From Centroscyllium fabricii (Eukaryota), in the NCBI GenBank assembly GCA_051313645.2, contig JBNRSN020000001.1:347448001-347512000 (forward strand): 64,000 bases of DNA, read 5' to 3'. Both the position numbers and the translations under genes were made by a program. Shown here one piece after another: positions 49,786-64,000 of the stretch (the first letter of the stretch is position 1; every line of letters begins with the position of its first letter). The notes under the pieces were generated by a model. That model had not been told where the DNA came from and searched no databases. It saw only the letters and a program-made list of their open reading frames with translations.

Positions 49786-49982
49786 TAATGTGGAGGTGCC
49801 GGTGTTGGACTGGGGTGGACAAATGCAAGAAGTCACACAACACCAGATTTATAGTCCAACGGTTTTATTTTAAATCACAAGCTTTCGGAGCGCTGCTTTG
49901 ACGAAGGAGCAGCGCTCCGAAAGCTTGTGATTTAAAATAAAACCGTTGGACTATAAATCTGGTGTTGTGTGACTTCTTGCAT
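49786..49982. mobile_element. Penelope-like family A palindromic insertion
   Basis: TSD TATTTCAAGACA (49774-49785, 49983-49994). The empty site is visible in the duplicate at 48656-48752. Confidence 0.85.
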
Positions 49983-51267
49983 TATTTCAAGACAGGCTGT
50001 GTTCTTTCTTGAGGTTACAAAATCTGGCCAAGAGTTCAAGCAATATCACTACTCTGAATTTTGTGTGAAGGAATGCACATTAATCTATTACAGAGTATGG
50101 ACTGCCCAGTGATTCTGTGATCTATTCATGTTTTCTAAAATTGTTACGTGTTTAAAAAGTCTACTACAGAAACGTTCAGTTTAATCTTAAAAATTCAATA
50201 CATCATATTTTTGCAAGTACCCTGTAATATAAATACACTATATTTAATATAATTATATTCTGATTTTCAAAAATCAATGCCAATTTCAATCTTTTAAAAT
50301 TCACTGCTGTTTAATTATTGTAAAGCAGTGCACACATTGCAAAAAGCATGAAACTTTCTGTATGGTAGAATATGAAGAGGCTGGTAATAAAATAGTCATA
50401 GATCATAAGATAAATGGACAGTCATTGCGCACTTTATGTTCATTTAAAAATAATCTTACTGCAATGACACAATTGGAACAGTAATAAAATATCACAACTC
50501 TTATAATCTTTAGCTTCTCTGAAGCCTAAATGGATAGTCAACATCAAATCAAAGCACCTAACTGTAGAATAGGAAAAATAAGTGCATCTTTTTTTGGTGA
50601 GCAATTATAATCCTTCTGCGCCATTAGTCTTTCTTTAAAAAATGACTAGCGCAACTTTAAGAAACCCAGAGCTATCCGGCAGTAGTGACCTCCTCAATTG
50701 TCCCCACATCATTATCTGAACAATGTTCCTGAAAATCCTTAACAAGGCTACAATGCTGTATTAATGTGACAAGTGGTTAATACATTGCTTTTGAGTACCA
50801 GGGGCTTATATCATAGCGTTTTATAATGGGGATACCCATATGCCTGGAAGGCTAAATTTCAAAATATATGGGAACTACCTTCAATATGTTAGTTACAAAA
50901 CACCAGCTCTAAAATCCTATAACAACTCTTGTCTGCATTGCAACAAATATTTGAAGTATGCAAATTTATGTGAGATTGCAAAGAGAGCATACCAATGTAC
51001 AAACAGCTTCTCGTTAGTTTTATTTTTTACTTATACTTTTGAAGTTTCTATGCTAATTTTTTCCTTTCATTTTTGGTTATTAAAAACTTGGCAAAGCATT
51101 ATAAAATAAAGTATAGATCTATATCTTTCAAAGGCTGCAGTTTGATGTGTTCCCCCCAGCTAATTAATATTCACAGAATATTCATGTAAACAATCATACA
51201 TGTGCGATGCATCGGTTTCATTACCGAACTGTTTTCAAGGAAAGTTTAAGAGTGTTCATGATGTTAA

Positions 51268-51450
<183 letters not shown>

Positions 51451-51524
51451 TGAGGGGTGGGGGGGGGGGTGCTTTTGTCCCCTGTCCCTTCCTTCCCCCC
51501 ACTCCCACTCTGCCACCTCTGTAG

Positions 51525-51746
<222 letters not shown>

Positions 51747-52049
51747 TGAACATTATTTTGAAAATAATCTTTTATTTTCTGCCCAATATTGTAATGCTAT
51801 TCACATTCATGACTGTATACTGCAAAATTATTATACCTCACCCTCTCTCACCTCAGGGAAACATTATGTTGGCTAGACTTATGTACAATACTTTAATGTA
51901 GAGACATGTTTGCAGTAATTGTTCATTTACCGAAAGGCGAATAATAAGTTGCATTTACTTATAATGGGATTTGGGTCTCAGAAAAGAATTAATGTGTAAT
52001 GGCTGGTTATGTTTTACTTATTTGGAGAAGTCATTTAAAAAAAAATTGT

Positions 52050-52348
52050 GCTTGGGTTGTGGGCAATGCTGGCAAGGCAGCATTTATCACCCGTCACTAG
52101 TTGCATTGTACCAGGGCATTGAGTCAATCATTTAGTGTGGGACTGGAGTCATGTGTAGGCCATACCAAGTAGGGATGGCAGGTTCCCTTCCTCGAAGGAC
52201 AGCCATGAACTAGTTGGGATTTTAATGACAATGCAGTAGCTTTCATGGTCATTTTTTTCTGGCGCTACTGCATTTATTGAACAACTTATCATGGTGGGAT
52301 TTTAATTCACAATCTCTAGGTTGTAAGTCCATAACTGCTATGCTACCA
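52050..52348 (-). mobile_element. Degenerate Deu-domain SINE (SacSINE1-like)
   Basis: Reverse-complement similarity to 53870-54892 (GGAGTCATGTGTAGGCC...GGATGGCAGGTTCCCTTCC...TTTCATGGTCA). Confidence 0.55.
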
Positions 52349-52829
52349 CACCCCATGTATTCAGTCACTTCAAGTTACACATTGGAAGATTTCATATAAA
52401 TTGATATTTTCCACACTGTCAAATCCCAAAAAGAAATTTATATCAAGGTAATCTGGTACACAGTGTATCTAAAAGGGCCCACAACAAAGCTGATGAGCTG
52501 ATTGCTAATAAAATGCAGCTCCATAGCAGTGGAAGCACATGCTTTATAAATTCTTGTGCATGTGAATCTCAGTGGAGTCCAGAACGCTAATCCACTGAGC
52601 AATATTTCTGCTGGTTTTGTCTAATCCTAGTCAGGTTGGTGTCTCACTGGGAAAAATGATACAATGTTTATTTTCCTGATGAAAGTATATCTCGTGCCTC
52701 CAAACTGCATACATGTTAGAACCCATGGAGAAGCTTAAAGAGCAGCTATTCTGACTGGAGAAAGGTGGTACGGGTTGATCAGTTGTGGAAGAATTGGAGG
52801 AGGGGTTAATGAAGGCAGCAACAATTATT

Positions 52830-53668
52830 GGGCCAGGTTTTCCTGTGCTCCAGAGGAGCTGCACACTCACGAAGGGGGGTCCAAAATGCCCCGTGGGTGT
52901 GCAGCACGGGGGATGCCCACGAACGGGAATTTCCTGTGCTGAATTTTAAGGCACGTCAGCATCCAACGCATGAAGACCTTGCACTGACGATTTCCTGTCA
53001 GAACGGGTGATTTTTGGAGAGTGATTCCGTGTGCAACTGGTTCACAAGCTGCACCCAGAAAAACCAGTAGTAAACTCATGCGTGAGGGACAAGATTTAGT
53101 TACTAAAGCAGGTAAGTTAATTTTTTAACTTTAATTTAAATTTTTTACAGTTTTTGGGAGTAATGTGGCCAGATCGGTAGCGTTAAATTTTTAAGTTAAA
53201 GTTTAAAAAAAATGTTACAAATCCGATTTTAAGTTAATTTACCTGTTTCAAATTGCTAATTTTTAAAGTTAAATTTCTGAAATTTTTAACTCTCTAGCTA
53301 TTAAAAAATCTAAGAGGACAAAATGGGAGACTTACCTTCCGTTTCTTCCTCTGAGAAGCTGCTCTGCCTGCGCTGCTCCCCCGCCGAGTCTGTGAGTGCA
53401 GCTCCGCACTTCCCTGCTCTCACAAAGGTCCGACTCGGGATCTGTGCGCATTTTAAAATTTAAATTAGGGATCTGGGGGCGTTTTTAATTTAAATTTGGG
53501 ATCTGTGGGCGGGGCATACACTGCGCACCTAGCGTGGCTGGACTGCCACGCAGCGCAGGAACGGGGAGGAAATTGAGGGTGAAACTTCTGTGTGATGTTG
53601 GTGCGTGCGATTAGGTGTCCACAGGGTCCTAGCGCACGCACTAACCGGCGCAGAGGAAAACCTGGCCC
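52830..53668. mobile_element. MITE family M1, copy 2 (inverted relative to 2504-3342)
   Basis: TIR GGGCCAGGTTTTCCT / AGGAAAACCTGGCCC with ATT on both flanks. Confidence 0.85.
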
Positions 53669-53869
53669 ATTAATATATCACAAAATTCCTTTCTGCTGTA
53701 GAAGGCTTGACTTTCTTGTGATGTTAGCGTCCTTCAGGAATCCTAAAACTAAAGTGGTCCATGAAGTTGGAAGGGCATGCAACAGTAGAAATGGTCCCCA
53801 CACAGAAACATTTTAGTTCACAGCCTCAATAGGCCATTGTGAGATACATCATGAGATACTAGGGAATGG

Positions 53870-54892
53870 TAGGATTGTGGTAATATTACTTAACTAGTAA
53901 TCCAGAGTAAAGAGTTCAAATCTGGATTTGAATTCAGTTAAAATAAAATATGGAATAAAAAAAAAGCTAGTATCAGTAATGGTGACCATGAAACTACCGG
54001 ATTGTTAATTCACTAATTGGAGCTCCAAGCTCATGATCTACAGAGCAGTAGTGATACCCGCCCTTCTGTATGCTTCAGAGACATGGACCATGTACAGCAG
54101 GCACCTCAAAGCACTGGAGAGGTACCACCAACGCTGCCTCCGCAAGATCCTGCAAATCGATTGGCAGGATAGGCGCACCAATGACAGTGTTCTCGCTCAG
54201 GCGAGCAGCGAAGCTTTGACCACACTCAATCAGCTCCGATGGATGGGTCACATGCCCGATACGAGACTCCCAAAATAAACGCTCTACTTGGAGCTCCAAC
54301 ACGGCAAGAGAGCTCCAGGGGCAGAGGAAACGCTTCAAGGACACCCTCAAAGCCTCCTTGAAAAAGTGCAACATCCCCACCGACACCTGGGAATCCCTGG
54401 CCCAAGACTGCACAAAGTGGAGTAGAAGCATCTGGGAAGTCGTCGAACATCTCGAGTCTCTTCGCCGGGAGTAAGCGGAAGCCAAGCGCAAACAGCGGAA
54501 GGAGCGCACGTCAACCCAAGCACCCCACCAACCCGCCCCTTCAACCACCATCTGCCCCACCTGTGTCAGAGACTGTAGGTCCTGCATTGGACTCATCAGT
54601 CACCTGAGAACTCATTTTTAATGTGGAAGCAAGCCATCCTCGGTTCCGAGGGACTGCCCAAGAAGAAGAGAAGATTCACTAATGTCCTTTAGGGAGGGAA
54701 ATCTGCCATCCTTACACGCTCTGGCTTATATGTGACTCCAGACTCACAGCAATGTGGTTGACTCTTAACTGCCCTCTGAAATGGTCTAGCAAGCCATTCA
54801 ACTGTCAAGAAGGCAGCTCTGCACCACCTTCTCAAGGGCAATAAATGCTGACCTTGTCAGCAATGCCCACATCTTGTGAATGAATAAAAAAA
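53870..54892 (+). mobile_element. Deu-domain SINE (SacSINE1-like) split by an RTE insertion
   Basis: GGTGACCATGAAACT...CACTAATGTCCTTTAGGGAGGGAAATCTGCC...ATGTGACTCCAGAC...GTGGTTGACTCTTAACTGCCCTCTGAAATGG...AATAAATGCTG...TGAATGAATAAAAAAA. Confidence 0.7.
54018..54673 (+). mobile_element. RTE-clade LINE 3' fragment
   Basis: YRAVVIPALLYASETWT...LERYHQRCLRKILQIDWQD and a C-terminal CPTC..C...HL motif; (AAG)n tail; TSD ATTCACTAAT. Confidence 0.85.
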
Positions 54893-54925
54893 ACTTGCAA
54901 CCAATAAGGCAGGTATGAGGCTTAG

Positions 54926-55249
<324 letters not shown>

Positions 55250-55848
55250 TAAGATCATTACATTGTCAAGTAATCTTTTGGTTTAGATGAGTGCCAACAA
55301 TGGAGTTTCATTCTTTATCCATTGCAAGTACAAAATTGCCTGAAGTAGTGCTGTAGCTGGGTTACAGAGAGCACAGTGCTCGATTAGTTATGTAGAAGCC
55401 CCCAAACAGTCGAGTAGCTGCAGTAATATCTTGAAAATCAGCATCTGTCCTGAGCCCTTGTGAATGGTGTTGTGTTCACCTTCAATTGTAAGTTAGCTTT
55501 AGAGCAGATCACCAGAAAATACTTCGGAACATCCAGCAACTTGAACCTCCATTCTCAGAAAAAGATCCTTCTTGGCACCAGATGATATTTATACTGGTAG
55601 ACCCTTTTAGCATAGGTCTCTCAGAATTATGAATTAGAAATGAGTTTGTGTAATTTATCACTGTCTACTGCTCAGCAGACTAACAGTGCATCAAATCATA
55701 AAGAGTTACATTACAAAAGTCAAGACTTGAACGGAAGAGTTCAAAGTGAAGGACACTTTATCTTCATTTATCTTTCTTTATCCTTCATCTTTCATTGTTG
55801 ATGAAGTTAATTTTGTAATGCAATCGAATGGAGTATACAAGGGGATAA

Positions 55849-56073
<225 letters not shown>

Positions 56074-56523
56074 TGAGCACAAGGATTGCCTTGTTTGGTC
56101 ATAGCTGTGAAGCATAAATTAATTTTTTCTTTTAGCATTGCCCTCAATTGGATATCTGAGGTTACAGGAATTTTGAATATTGCAAAGGGAAAAATACATT
56201 GTGCTAATGTGCTAGCAAGGATGAGTGCCAAAAATAGTCAGTCCTTTGGAAGCTAAAAGAAAATCAGCTTCAGGGCAGAATAAAACAAATTGGGCCTGAG
56301 TCTTCTGGCCAAGATGCTAAAGTACTTTCCTTCAGGAATCAAAATACAATCTTGATTGCTCAAGAGTATAACTTAGGGGAATTATAAATACAGTAAAGGT
56401 CGCTCTTGCAATCTTTGGAACAACATTTTAGCACTAAAACAGAAGGTACTTTGTGTTCCAACATTGTGAACTTCTTATTTTTATAAACAGTGAATGGAGA
56501 ATAACGAGGAATTATCAGGATGA

Positions 56524-56703
<180 letters not shown>

Positions 56704-57625
56704 TGAGTAACCATTTCCCTCCTCATTATTTGTTTAAACACAGGTGCCGTGGCAATGATGCAAGCGTTGCCATAAAGTCAAACAGCATCACCAGAATGAA
56801 ATGTACGTTAAAAAGGACCTAAATTGGACCAATGCTACAGGATGTTGGCAGGATGATCATATTTAGATCTTGTGTAGAGTTCAGCTACATTTTCTATGAG
56901 CAAACAAAATAAAAATGGATAGAATAGTCGATGGGCTGACTTGTGCTATAAATGACCTTATGGGTTGGGGAGGACCCAGCACTCTTCGTTATTGTCCTAT
57001 TTATAATCATCATGTAGACTTCCCCCAATGCCTTGAAATTAATGCAGGCTAATCTATTATTTTGAAATAATGAGCATATCTCCCAAGGCATTAATGTATT
57101 TTATAATGACAGGAGCATTATACCATGTAATGCACAGTGTGTTGTTCTGCTGATTAAGTGCATCGGAGTGTAAATTGACCTGTCCCTTTAAGGCCACATT
57201 GTCGAATTGCTGTAAATCGTTAATTCGAGGTGGATTTCTCTATGACACAGTCGTGAGGTAAGTTAGATAGTGGCTGTTCCCCTGTAGACTGGCAGCAGCA
57301 GGAAATGACTGGCTTTCTTTGTAATGCTTTTGTAAAGCTTGCTTTGCATATGTAACAAAGAGTGTGACACTTTGAAGTGTGATGTCTTAAATGTGATGAA
57401 CTCAGGACTTTTATACATATGCAGATACGTATGCACCGTGAGGACCATGAGGAGTGGTCTGATTCTGTTTTTGTGCCTATATCAGCTGTCAGTAGCAGTG
57501 CTGGTAGGGAGGGTGCTCTGTCATTTATGTGACTATCAACTGATGCAATCACTGCAGTTGTGCTGAAAAGTATGGGAAATCCTCTATCGAGTATATCGCA
57601 GTATCTTCATTTTAACAAAGACTTT

Positions 57626-58417
57626 GGGGGGGATTTTTGGAGGGCTGTGAGGGTGGGTTTCCGGTGGGGCGGGGCTTAAAATCCCCAAACCAGGGGGGGT
57701 CCCGACCCCTCCTGCCGGATCCCCGCCATTTTGCGGTTTTCGGGCAGCGTGTCCAGCTGACCCGAGTCCTTCCTGCTCGCCACCGGCGGGGTTGATCGTT
57801 GAGGTAATTAGGGGCCATTAATTGACATGGGTAATCCCATCTTAAGGGCCCCTTGCGATTTTTAAGCCCTTCCTACCCATACCCCGCCATCCTGAAACCC
57901 CGCCAGTGAAACCCAGTGTGTTCACAGTCGGCTTGGTCACTTTCACCTTCAAGGCATTGAAGGACCTACAGCACATTGCCTGCCAGGCCTTCAACACCCT
58001 GGAGGTTTAAGTGACTCCCTTGGGTGAAGACCAGCTGTGAAAAAAACACTCAAATCACTTACCTTGACAGATGCTGCAATGCTTCATAGAGAGACGTCCC
58101 CTCACTGTGAAAGCTTTGCAGCCTGTCCTTAGACCTGTCACTCAACCCACTTGGGCTTTGCGATTGGTTGCATTCCATTGTGATGTCACACTGGACTGTT
58201 TCCATAGAAACTAACAACACACAGCCCCTAGAACTGCCAATCAAACCTCTGGCTGTCAACTGGAAATTGTATATTGGCAGGGGCTTCCCACATGCAGGCA
58301 ATTAATTGGCCAGTTAAGCCAAAATTGCATGCGATTCCCAGGCCCTCAAACATTCATGTCAAAAATTGACATGCCAAAAACCTGCCATCTTCCCACACCT
58401 TTGTGGAAATCCCCCCC
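57626..58417. mobile_element. Degenerate MITE, Harbinger-like (family M4)
   Basis: Ends GGGGGGGATTT / AAATCCCCCCC with flanks TTT / TTA. GC-rich left arm; about 790 bp. Confidence 0.5.
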
Positions 58418-58508
58418 TTAGAAAAAAGTATATTTTGAAATCAAGTGAATGCAAACAATTGATCGAAGCACAAGGTTGTGCACATTTGTAAAATCCAAGC
58501 TTGACGTC

Positions 58509-59572
58509 ACATAAGAACATAAGAACATAAGAAATAGGAGCAGGAGTCAGCCATTTGGCCCCTCGAGCCTGCTCCGCCATTCAATAAGATCATGGCTGAT
58601 CTGATCTTGGGCTCAGCTCCATTTCACTGCCCTCTCCCCATAACCCATCACTTGCTTACTGTTCAAAGATCTGTCTATCTCCACCTTAAATATATTCAAT
58701 GACCCAGCCTCCACAGCTCTCTGGGGCAGAGAATTCCACAGATTTACGATCCTTTGAGAGAAGAAATTCCTCCTCATCTCAGTTTTAAATGGGCGACTCT
58801 TTATTCTGAAATGATGCCCCCTAGTTCTAGATTCCCCCACGAGGGGAAACATCCTCTCTGCATCTACCTTGTCGAGACCCCTCAGTATCTTATATGTTTC
58901 AATAAGATCACCTCTCATTCTTCTAAACTCCAATGAGTATAGGCCCAACCTGCTCAACCTTTCCTCATAAGAAACCCCCTTCATCTCAGGAATCAACCTA
59001 GTGAACCTTCTCTGAACTGCCTTCAATGCAAGTATATCCCTCCTTAAATAAGGAGACCAAGACTATACGCAGTACTCCAGGTGCAGTCTCACCAATACCC
59101 TTTACAGTTGTAGCAGGACTTCCCTACTTTTATATTCTAACCCCCTTGCAATAAAGGCCAACATTCCATTTGCCTTCTTGATTATTTGCTGTACCTGCAT
59201 GCTAACATTTTGTGTTTCATGCACAAAGACCCCTAGGTCTCTGTACTGCAGCATTTTGTAATCTCTCTCCATTTAAATAGTAATTTGCTTTTTTCTTTTT
59301 CTTTTTCTTACCAAAGTGGATAACCTCACACTTTACTACATTATACTCCATCTGTCAAATATTTGCCCACTCACTTAGCCTGTCCATATCCCGTTGCAGA
59401 TTCTTTGTGTCCTCCTCACAACTTGCTTTCCCACCTATCTTTGTATCATCAGCAAATTTGGCTACATTACACTCGGTCCCTTCAGCCAAGTCATTAATGT
59501 AGATTGTAAATAGTTGAGGCCCCAGCACCGATCCCTGTGGCACCCCACTAGTTACCGTTTGCCAACTGGAAA
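58509..59572 (-). mobile_element. CR1 LINE 3' part
   Basis: [18 protein letters not shown]...KFADDTK and VQRRFTRLIPEMKGVSYEERLSRLG; (ACATAAGA)n tail. Confidence 0.9.
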
Positions 59573-60585
59573 ATTACCCCAAAAATTACTTAAGCGTTAT
59601 TTGCATGATTTATCCCATCTCTCTCACTCATTTCAATGTTGACGGTGCTGTACACCATGCATGGCCTTGCATCTCAATGAAAAAACTTTCAGTGATTCTG
59701 CAGAGAGAGTCTTGCAAAAGCAGCCTTTGTGCATTTAAGTAACGTTGTGGTTTTTCAAAGTTGGGTCCTTGACCCTGATGGGTCTGTAAGGGGATCCTAG
59801 TGGTATCTGAGGCCATCACATTCCTTTCTGTCTGTCATCAGATTTCTGTACTTTTCTGTATTTGTTGACTCACCAGTACAGTACATTATTTGTGTTGCGA
59901 CATACTAACAAAGAATGATTTTTGCACTGTTTCCCTTTGGTCGGTTGACACTGTCTTTTGGAGGCTAGTTTCAGGAAGTGTATCAGTATTTGCAAGTGGT
60001 CTCTCAGAAAAAAAGTTTGAAAATCAGTTTGCTGAAGAACGTGTTTGACCGCGTGTGGTGAAGAGAGTGATTGATGCTGAGTGCACAGTTACTGCAATGC
60101 AAGTGCTTTTAATAGTGAGTAGAAATCTGCATTTTGAAAAGGTTCCCAGTTCCAGGCAAGTATTTAAAAATGCTGCAGATCTCAAGTCAATTTTGCAAAG
60201 GCAGCATTAAGGAAGATTAATGATGGCAAATAATGCCTGACTCCCAAATTCACAGTTATTATTTCAGAAAATGAGTCAGCCATGGGTTTAATTTTCAGAT
60301 ATAATTTGACCTAATTTGCATTATTAGTAGTTTGTTTGTATACCTAGGGTTTTTTTTGGCAGTGGGTGGGTATTTTTCCTCCATCTTAAACCTCTTATTA
60401 CACAATGGTTGAAAAGACAAATGGCAGAAATGCCAGCAACTTTCTTAATCTGATCGTCAGGATTTGTGTCAAAATAGCCTGAGGTGACTACCATTTGATT
60501 TCTCCTCCCTCTAGTTCCATTCACTTCCATTCTGCTCTGATGATACATTTGAGTTTGGAAACTCACCGTGTAACAATTCATGGAC

Positions 60586-60899
60586 ACGGCACAGTGGCAT
60601 AGTGGGTAGCACTGTTGCCTCACAGCGCTAGGGGCCCGGGTTCAAATCCGGCCTCGGGTGACTATCTGTATGGAGTTTGCACATTCTCCCCGTGTCTGCG
60701 TGGGTTTCCTCCGGGTGCTCCGGTTTCCTCCCACAGTCCAAAGATGTGCGGGTTAGGTTGACTGGCCATGATAAATTGACCCTTAATGTTAGGGGGATTA
60801 AATATGTGGGGGTTACGGGGATAGGGTGGGATATGTGTCGGTGCAGGCTCGATGGGCCGAAATGGCCTCTATCTGCACTGTAGGGATTCTATGATTCTA
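60586..60899 (+). mobile_element. V-SINE, tail type i
   Basis: Head, V-domain and tail as at 24184-24522. Confidence 0.9.
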
Positions 60900-61048
60900 A
60901 TGCCATGACCTACATCACTTTAAGACACTGCGGCAGGAGATGTGTATGCAATTGTTCTTCCCCACACCCCAATTTTCTCCCCTGGCGTGCTTAAAGGCCT
61001 GGCTTATCCTGCAGTGCATTTCCATGGCCACTGACTGACCTTCAGTGC

Positions 61049-61640
61049 GATAGCAAAATACTGCGGATGCTGGAAATCCGAAACAACAACAGAAAATGTT
61101 GGAAAAACTCGGCAGGCCAGGCAGCATCGGTGGAGAGAGAAACAAAGTTAACGTTTCAGGTCGGTGACCTTTCTTCAGAACTGGAGAAACCGGGAGAGGG
61201 GATAGATTTTAAATCTTGTGGGGGCTGGGGAAAGGGCGAGGGGGGCTGAACGAACAAAGGAAAGATCAACAACAAGATAGAAGGCAGAGGAGATTGAGAG
61301 ACATTAGAAGAAATTCAAGGAACACAGGACGGCTCTGGCAGAGAGAAGAAAAAAGAAAAAAGCCCAGACGAAAGTGTGGATTAAAAAAAGAGAGAATATA
61401 TATATATATATATATAAAAGTGTGGTGGGGTTGAGGTTATGTTTAGTCCAGAGGGCTGTAGAGTGCCTAAGCGAAAGATGAGGTGCTGTTCCTCGAGTTT
61501 ACACTGAGCTTCCGTGAAACAATGCAACAGGCCGCAGACAGTGAGGTCTGAATGGGAGTGGAGTGGAGAATTAAGGTGACAGACCACCGGGAGCTCGGGG
61601 TACGGGCCTTCAGTACCTTGCTTGAGTGGCCATTCATATG
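61049..61640 (-). mobile_element. Penelope-like element 3' fragment (GIY-YIG endonuclease C-terminus plus 3' repeat; parent of family B)
   Basis: LPVVCHLNSPLHSHSDLTVCGLLHCFTEAQCKLEEQHLIFRLGTLQPSGLN, followed by the family B sequence with core AGTT-CTGAAGA-A-AGGTC(ACC)GACCT-GAAA-CGTT-AAC on the minus strand at about 61147-61182. Confidence 0.85.
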
Positions 61641-62107
61641 GTGTGATCCTGGACTGCGAATATTGGCAGGCTGTCTGACCACGGGAGCCATCAGTACTGT
61701 CCAGATCTGACATCCACACATTAAACTTTCCAGATAGATAGCGAGTAGGAGAGGGGACATCCCCCGTGGCTGATTTTTCCTTCTCCATAGCTCACAGGTA
61801 CTGAGGCTAGCTGAGGTGCCCCTACTGCTGCAGCAGCTAAAATTACCATTCTCAACACACACCGGAGAAAAAACCAAGAACCTTAGTGGTCTGCAGGCTA
61901 AGTGAGCTTGCATTTACACATTGAGTTATTAGGAGGGGAGACTATCTTAAATTAAACAAACCAGACTTTCTTTTAGCACTTTGATATTTCCACAAGTTAA
62001 ATTGTGCGGGGTGAGGAGGAAGGGAAAGCATAGTGCTAAAGTTAAGGCCACTTGTATCTCACTTACATCTTTGTTCCGAAATGACAATTTCTTCGAGGCT
62101 CAGTAAC

Positions 62108-62546
62108 ACAGAAACACAGAAGATAGGAGCAGGAGTAGGCCATTCGGCCCTTCGAACCTGCTCCGCCATTCAATGAGATCATGGCTGATCATCCGAACCC
62201 AGCACCCCCCTCCTACCCTCTCCCCATATCCCCCGACACCCCCAACTCTAAGAACTATATCTCACACACATACTCATGGGCAATTTTTAGTATCTCCAAT
62301 TCACCTAACCTGCATGTCTTTGGGTGGTGGGATTAGATTAGATTAGATTAGATTCAATTTTATTGTCATTGCATAGTGAAACACAATACAACGAAATGCA
62401 TACTTGCAAACTACCCGGAGGAAACCCACATGAACACGGGGAGAACATGCAAACTCCACGCAGAGAGGTCCCGGGCCAAGCAAGATTCGAACCCAGGAGC
62501 ACCTTATTGCGAGGCAGCAGTGCTAACCTACTGCGCCACCGTGTCG
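62108..62546 (-). mobile_element. V-SINE variant with CR1 tail, interrupted by a short (TTAGA)n-tailed insertion
   Basis: Reverse-complement V-domain (GGAGGAAACCCAC...GGGGAGAACATGCAAACTCCAC), tRNA-like head at the right end and CR1 tail at the left end. Confidence 0.75.
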
Positions 62547-62699
62547 GCCAGTTAGTACAGTTAGTAGAATGTGCCGTAACAGTTCAGTTAGTACATGGCA
62601 CACTTTAATGCATTCTGCACTCCATACAAGAGGAGCAATCAACAAAATAGTCTTGTGACCCCCTTGTTCCGAATTTAATTAAAATTTTGATTTTTTTTC

Positions 62700-63958
62700 T
62701 CTTTTTATGAAAACTGTTGCCTGTGATTTGTCTGTCACCTTTTTGGTGGGAGGAAGTTTGAGCAGCTCACCTTGTTCCACCCCCTCGCCTCATTTAAAAT
62801 CCTCGCTCTCTACCGCCCAACCAAGTACCATGCCAAGTTTCTCACAGAGATACCTTCACTGCATTCCTCCCTCAGCCTCTGCACTGAGCAACCTCTCTCA
62901 CCCTCAGTGATTTCAATCTCCATCTCAACTCATCATGCTCTCTTTTCTCTTGAGTTCATTGCCCTCCTACCCTCCTTTAATCTCGCCCTCCATACAAACT
63001 CCTCAACCATATTCATGGCCACCCCCTCAACCTTGCCATCTCATGTGGCTTCTCTACTCCTATCGTGTCAATTTCAGATAAGGCCATCTCTGATCACTTT
63101 CTCATATCACTTTCTACCCACAACTCCCTTCCCCCCCGCTCCCCCAACACCACTTCCTTCTGTGTCTGCTCCTGGAAAAAAAACTCTCTTCCAATTCACG
63201 TATAACTGCACTTTCAAAATAACAACTGTCTAGCCTTTGGCCCCCCATTCACCACAACATTTCTGCTCAATCACTTCCTCACCTCCACCTTTGATGCCCT
63301 TGTCGCCATTAAAGCTATTACTCTCTCTCACCCTGGTTATTCCCCCGGTACTGCCCTCATCTCCACTCCCTTAAGTCCAAGGGGCGCAGACTTGAATATT
63401 TCTGGCGGACAACTGGCGAGCCATTCACTCCCAGATCTGGCTGGACCACATAAAGCATTATCGGCTCCTGCTCTCATCTCCCAAAATTGCTCACTATTCC
63501 AGGATCATCCTGGAATGCAACGATAACCCCCAGATTCTCTTCTCCAGTGCAAGCCATCTTCTTAAACTCCTCTTCCCTGCCTCCTCCACCCTCACCTCCA
63601 ACAACAAGTGCGAGGACCTCATGAACTTGATTAAGACCATCCGTTGAGCTGCCTCAGCTGCTTCCCTTCCCCTAGCCCATTGGGCCAAACCTCTCCTAAG
63701 GTTCCCCCCTGCTCTAGCCCCGAACTCGCATCATTCTCCAGTTTCTCTCCTATCTCTCCTCACGCCCTTTCCGAGCTCATCTTGTCCATGAGACCTACCT
63801 CCTGCTCCCACGACCCTGTTCCCACCAAACTGCTGCCCACCCAACTTCCCATCCTGGCCCCCTTGTTAGCTGATATTATTAACCATTCCCTCTCTCAGGT
63901 ACTGTCCCCCAGCCCTTCAAATCTGCCATCATCACCCCTCTCTTCATAAAATCCACCC
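62700..63958 (+). mobile_element. L2 LINE ORF2 fragment (degenerate)
   Basis: Pyrimidine-rich; ISPHALSELILSMRPTSCSHDPVPTKLL...LAPLLADIINHSL is typical of the L2 region just before the RT. Confidence 0.75.
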
Positions 63959-64000
63959 ATGAGCAATGTTCCCTCTAAGGTGCGCAGCTGCGCACCAATC

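Noticed and set aside
63963-64000. Possible start of another DNA transposon (CAATGTTCCCTCTAAG...)
   Set aside because: Cut by the window edge; no second TIR or TSD is available to confirm it.

Overview
This is eukaryotic DNA, most likely from a cartilaginous fish (inferred from V-SINEs, Deu-domain SINEs, CR1/L2 LINEs and Penelope repeats typical of sharks). The only host gene is SIM1, a bHLH-PAS transcription factor on the + strand. Eight coding exons (35636-56702, 998 nt, all GT-AG, frame-consistent) are visible, along with a CpG-rich promoter near 34.3-34.7 kb; the 3' exons lie beyond the window. The rest is mobile DNA: the 3' part of a young Gypsy LTR retrotransposon; an apparently intact, intron-containing PIF/Harbinger transposase element (12368-14858, TAA TSD) that seems to sit inside an older Harbinger fossil; several ~0.8-kb GG..CC MITEs; a hAT MITE; CR1, L2 and RTE fragments; and about 20 short Penelope-derived insertions, many of them palindromic. 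The most interesting signals are the minimal hammerhead-ribozyme-like cores in the Penelope-derived elements, the clustering of one such family around the SIM1 promoter and first introns, and the young Harbinger element, a candidate for horizontal transfer. Repeat boundaries were read by eye and may be off by some bases.
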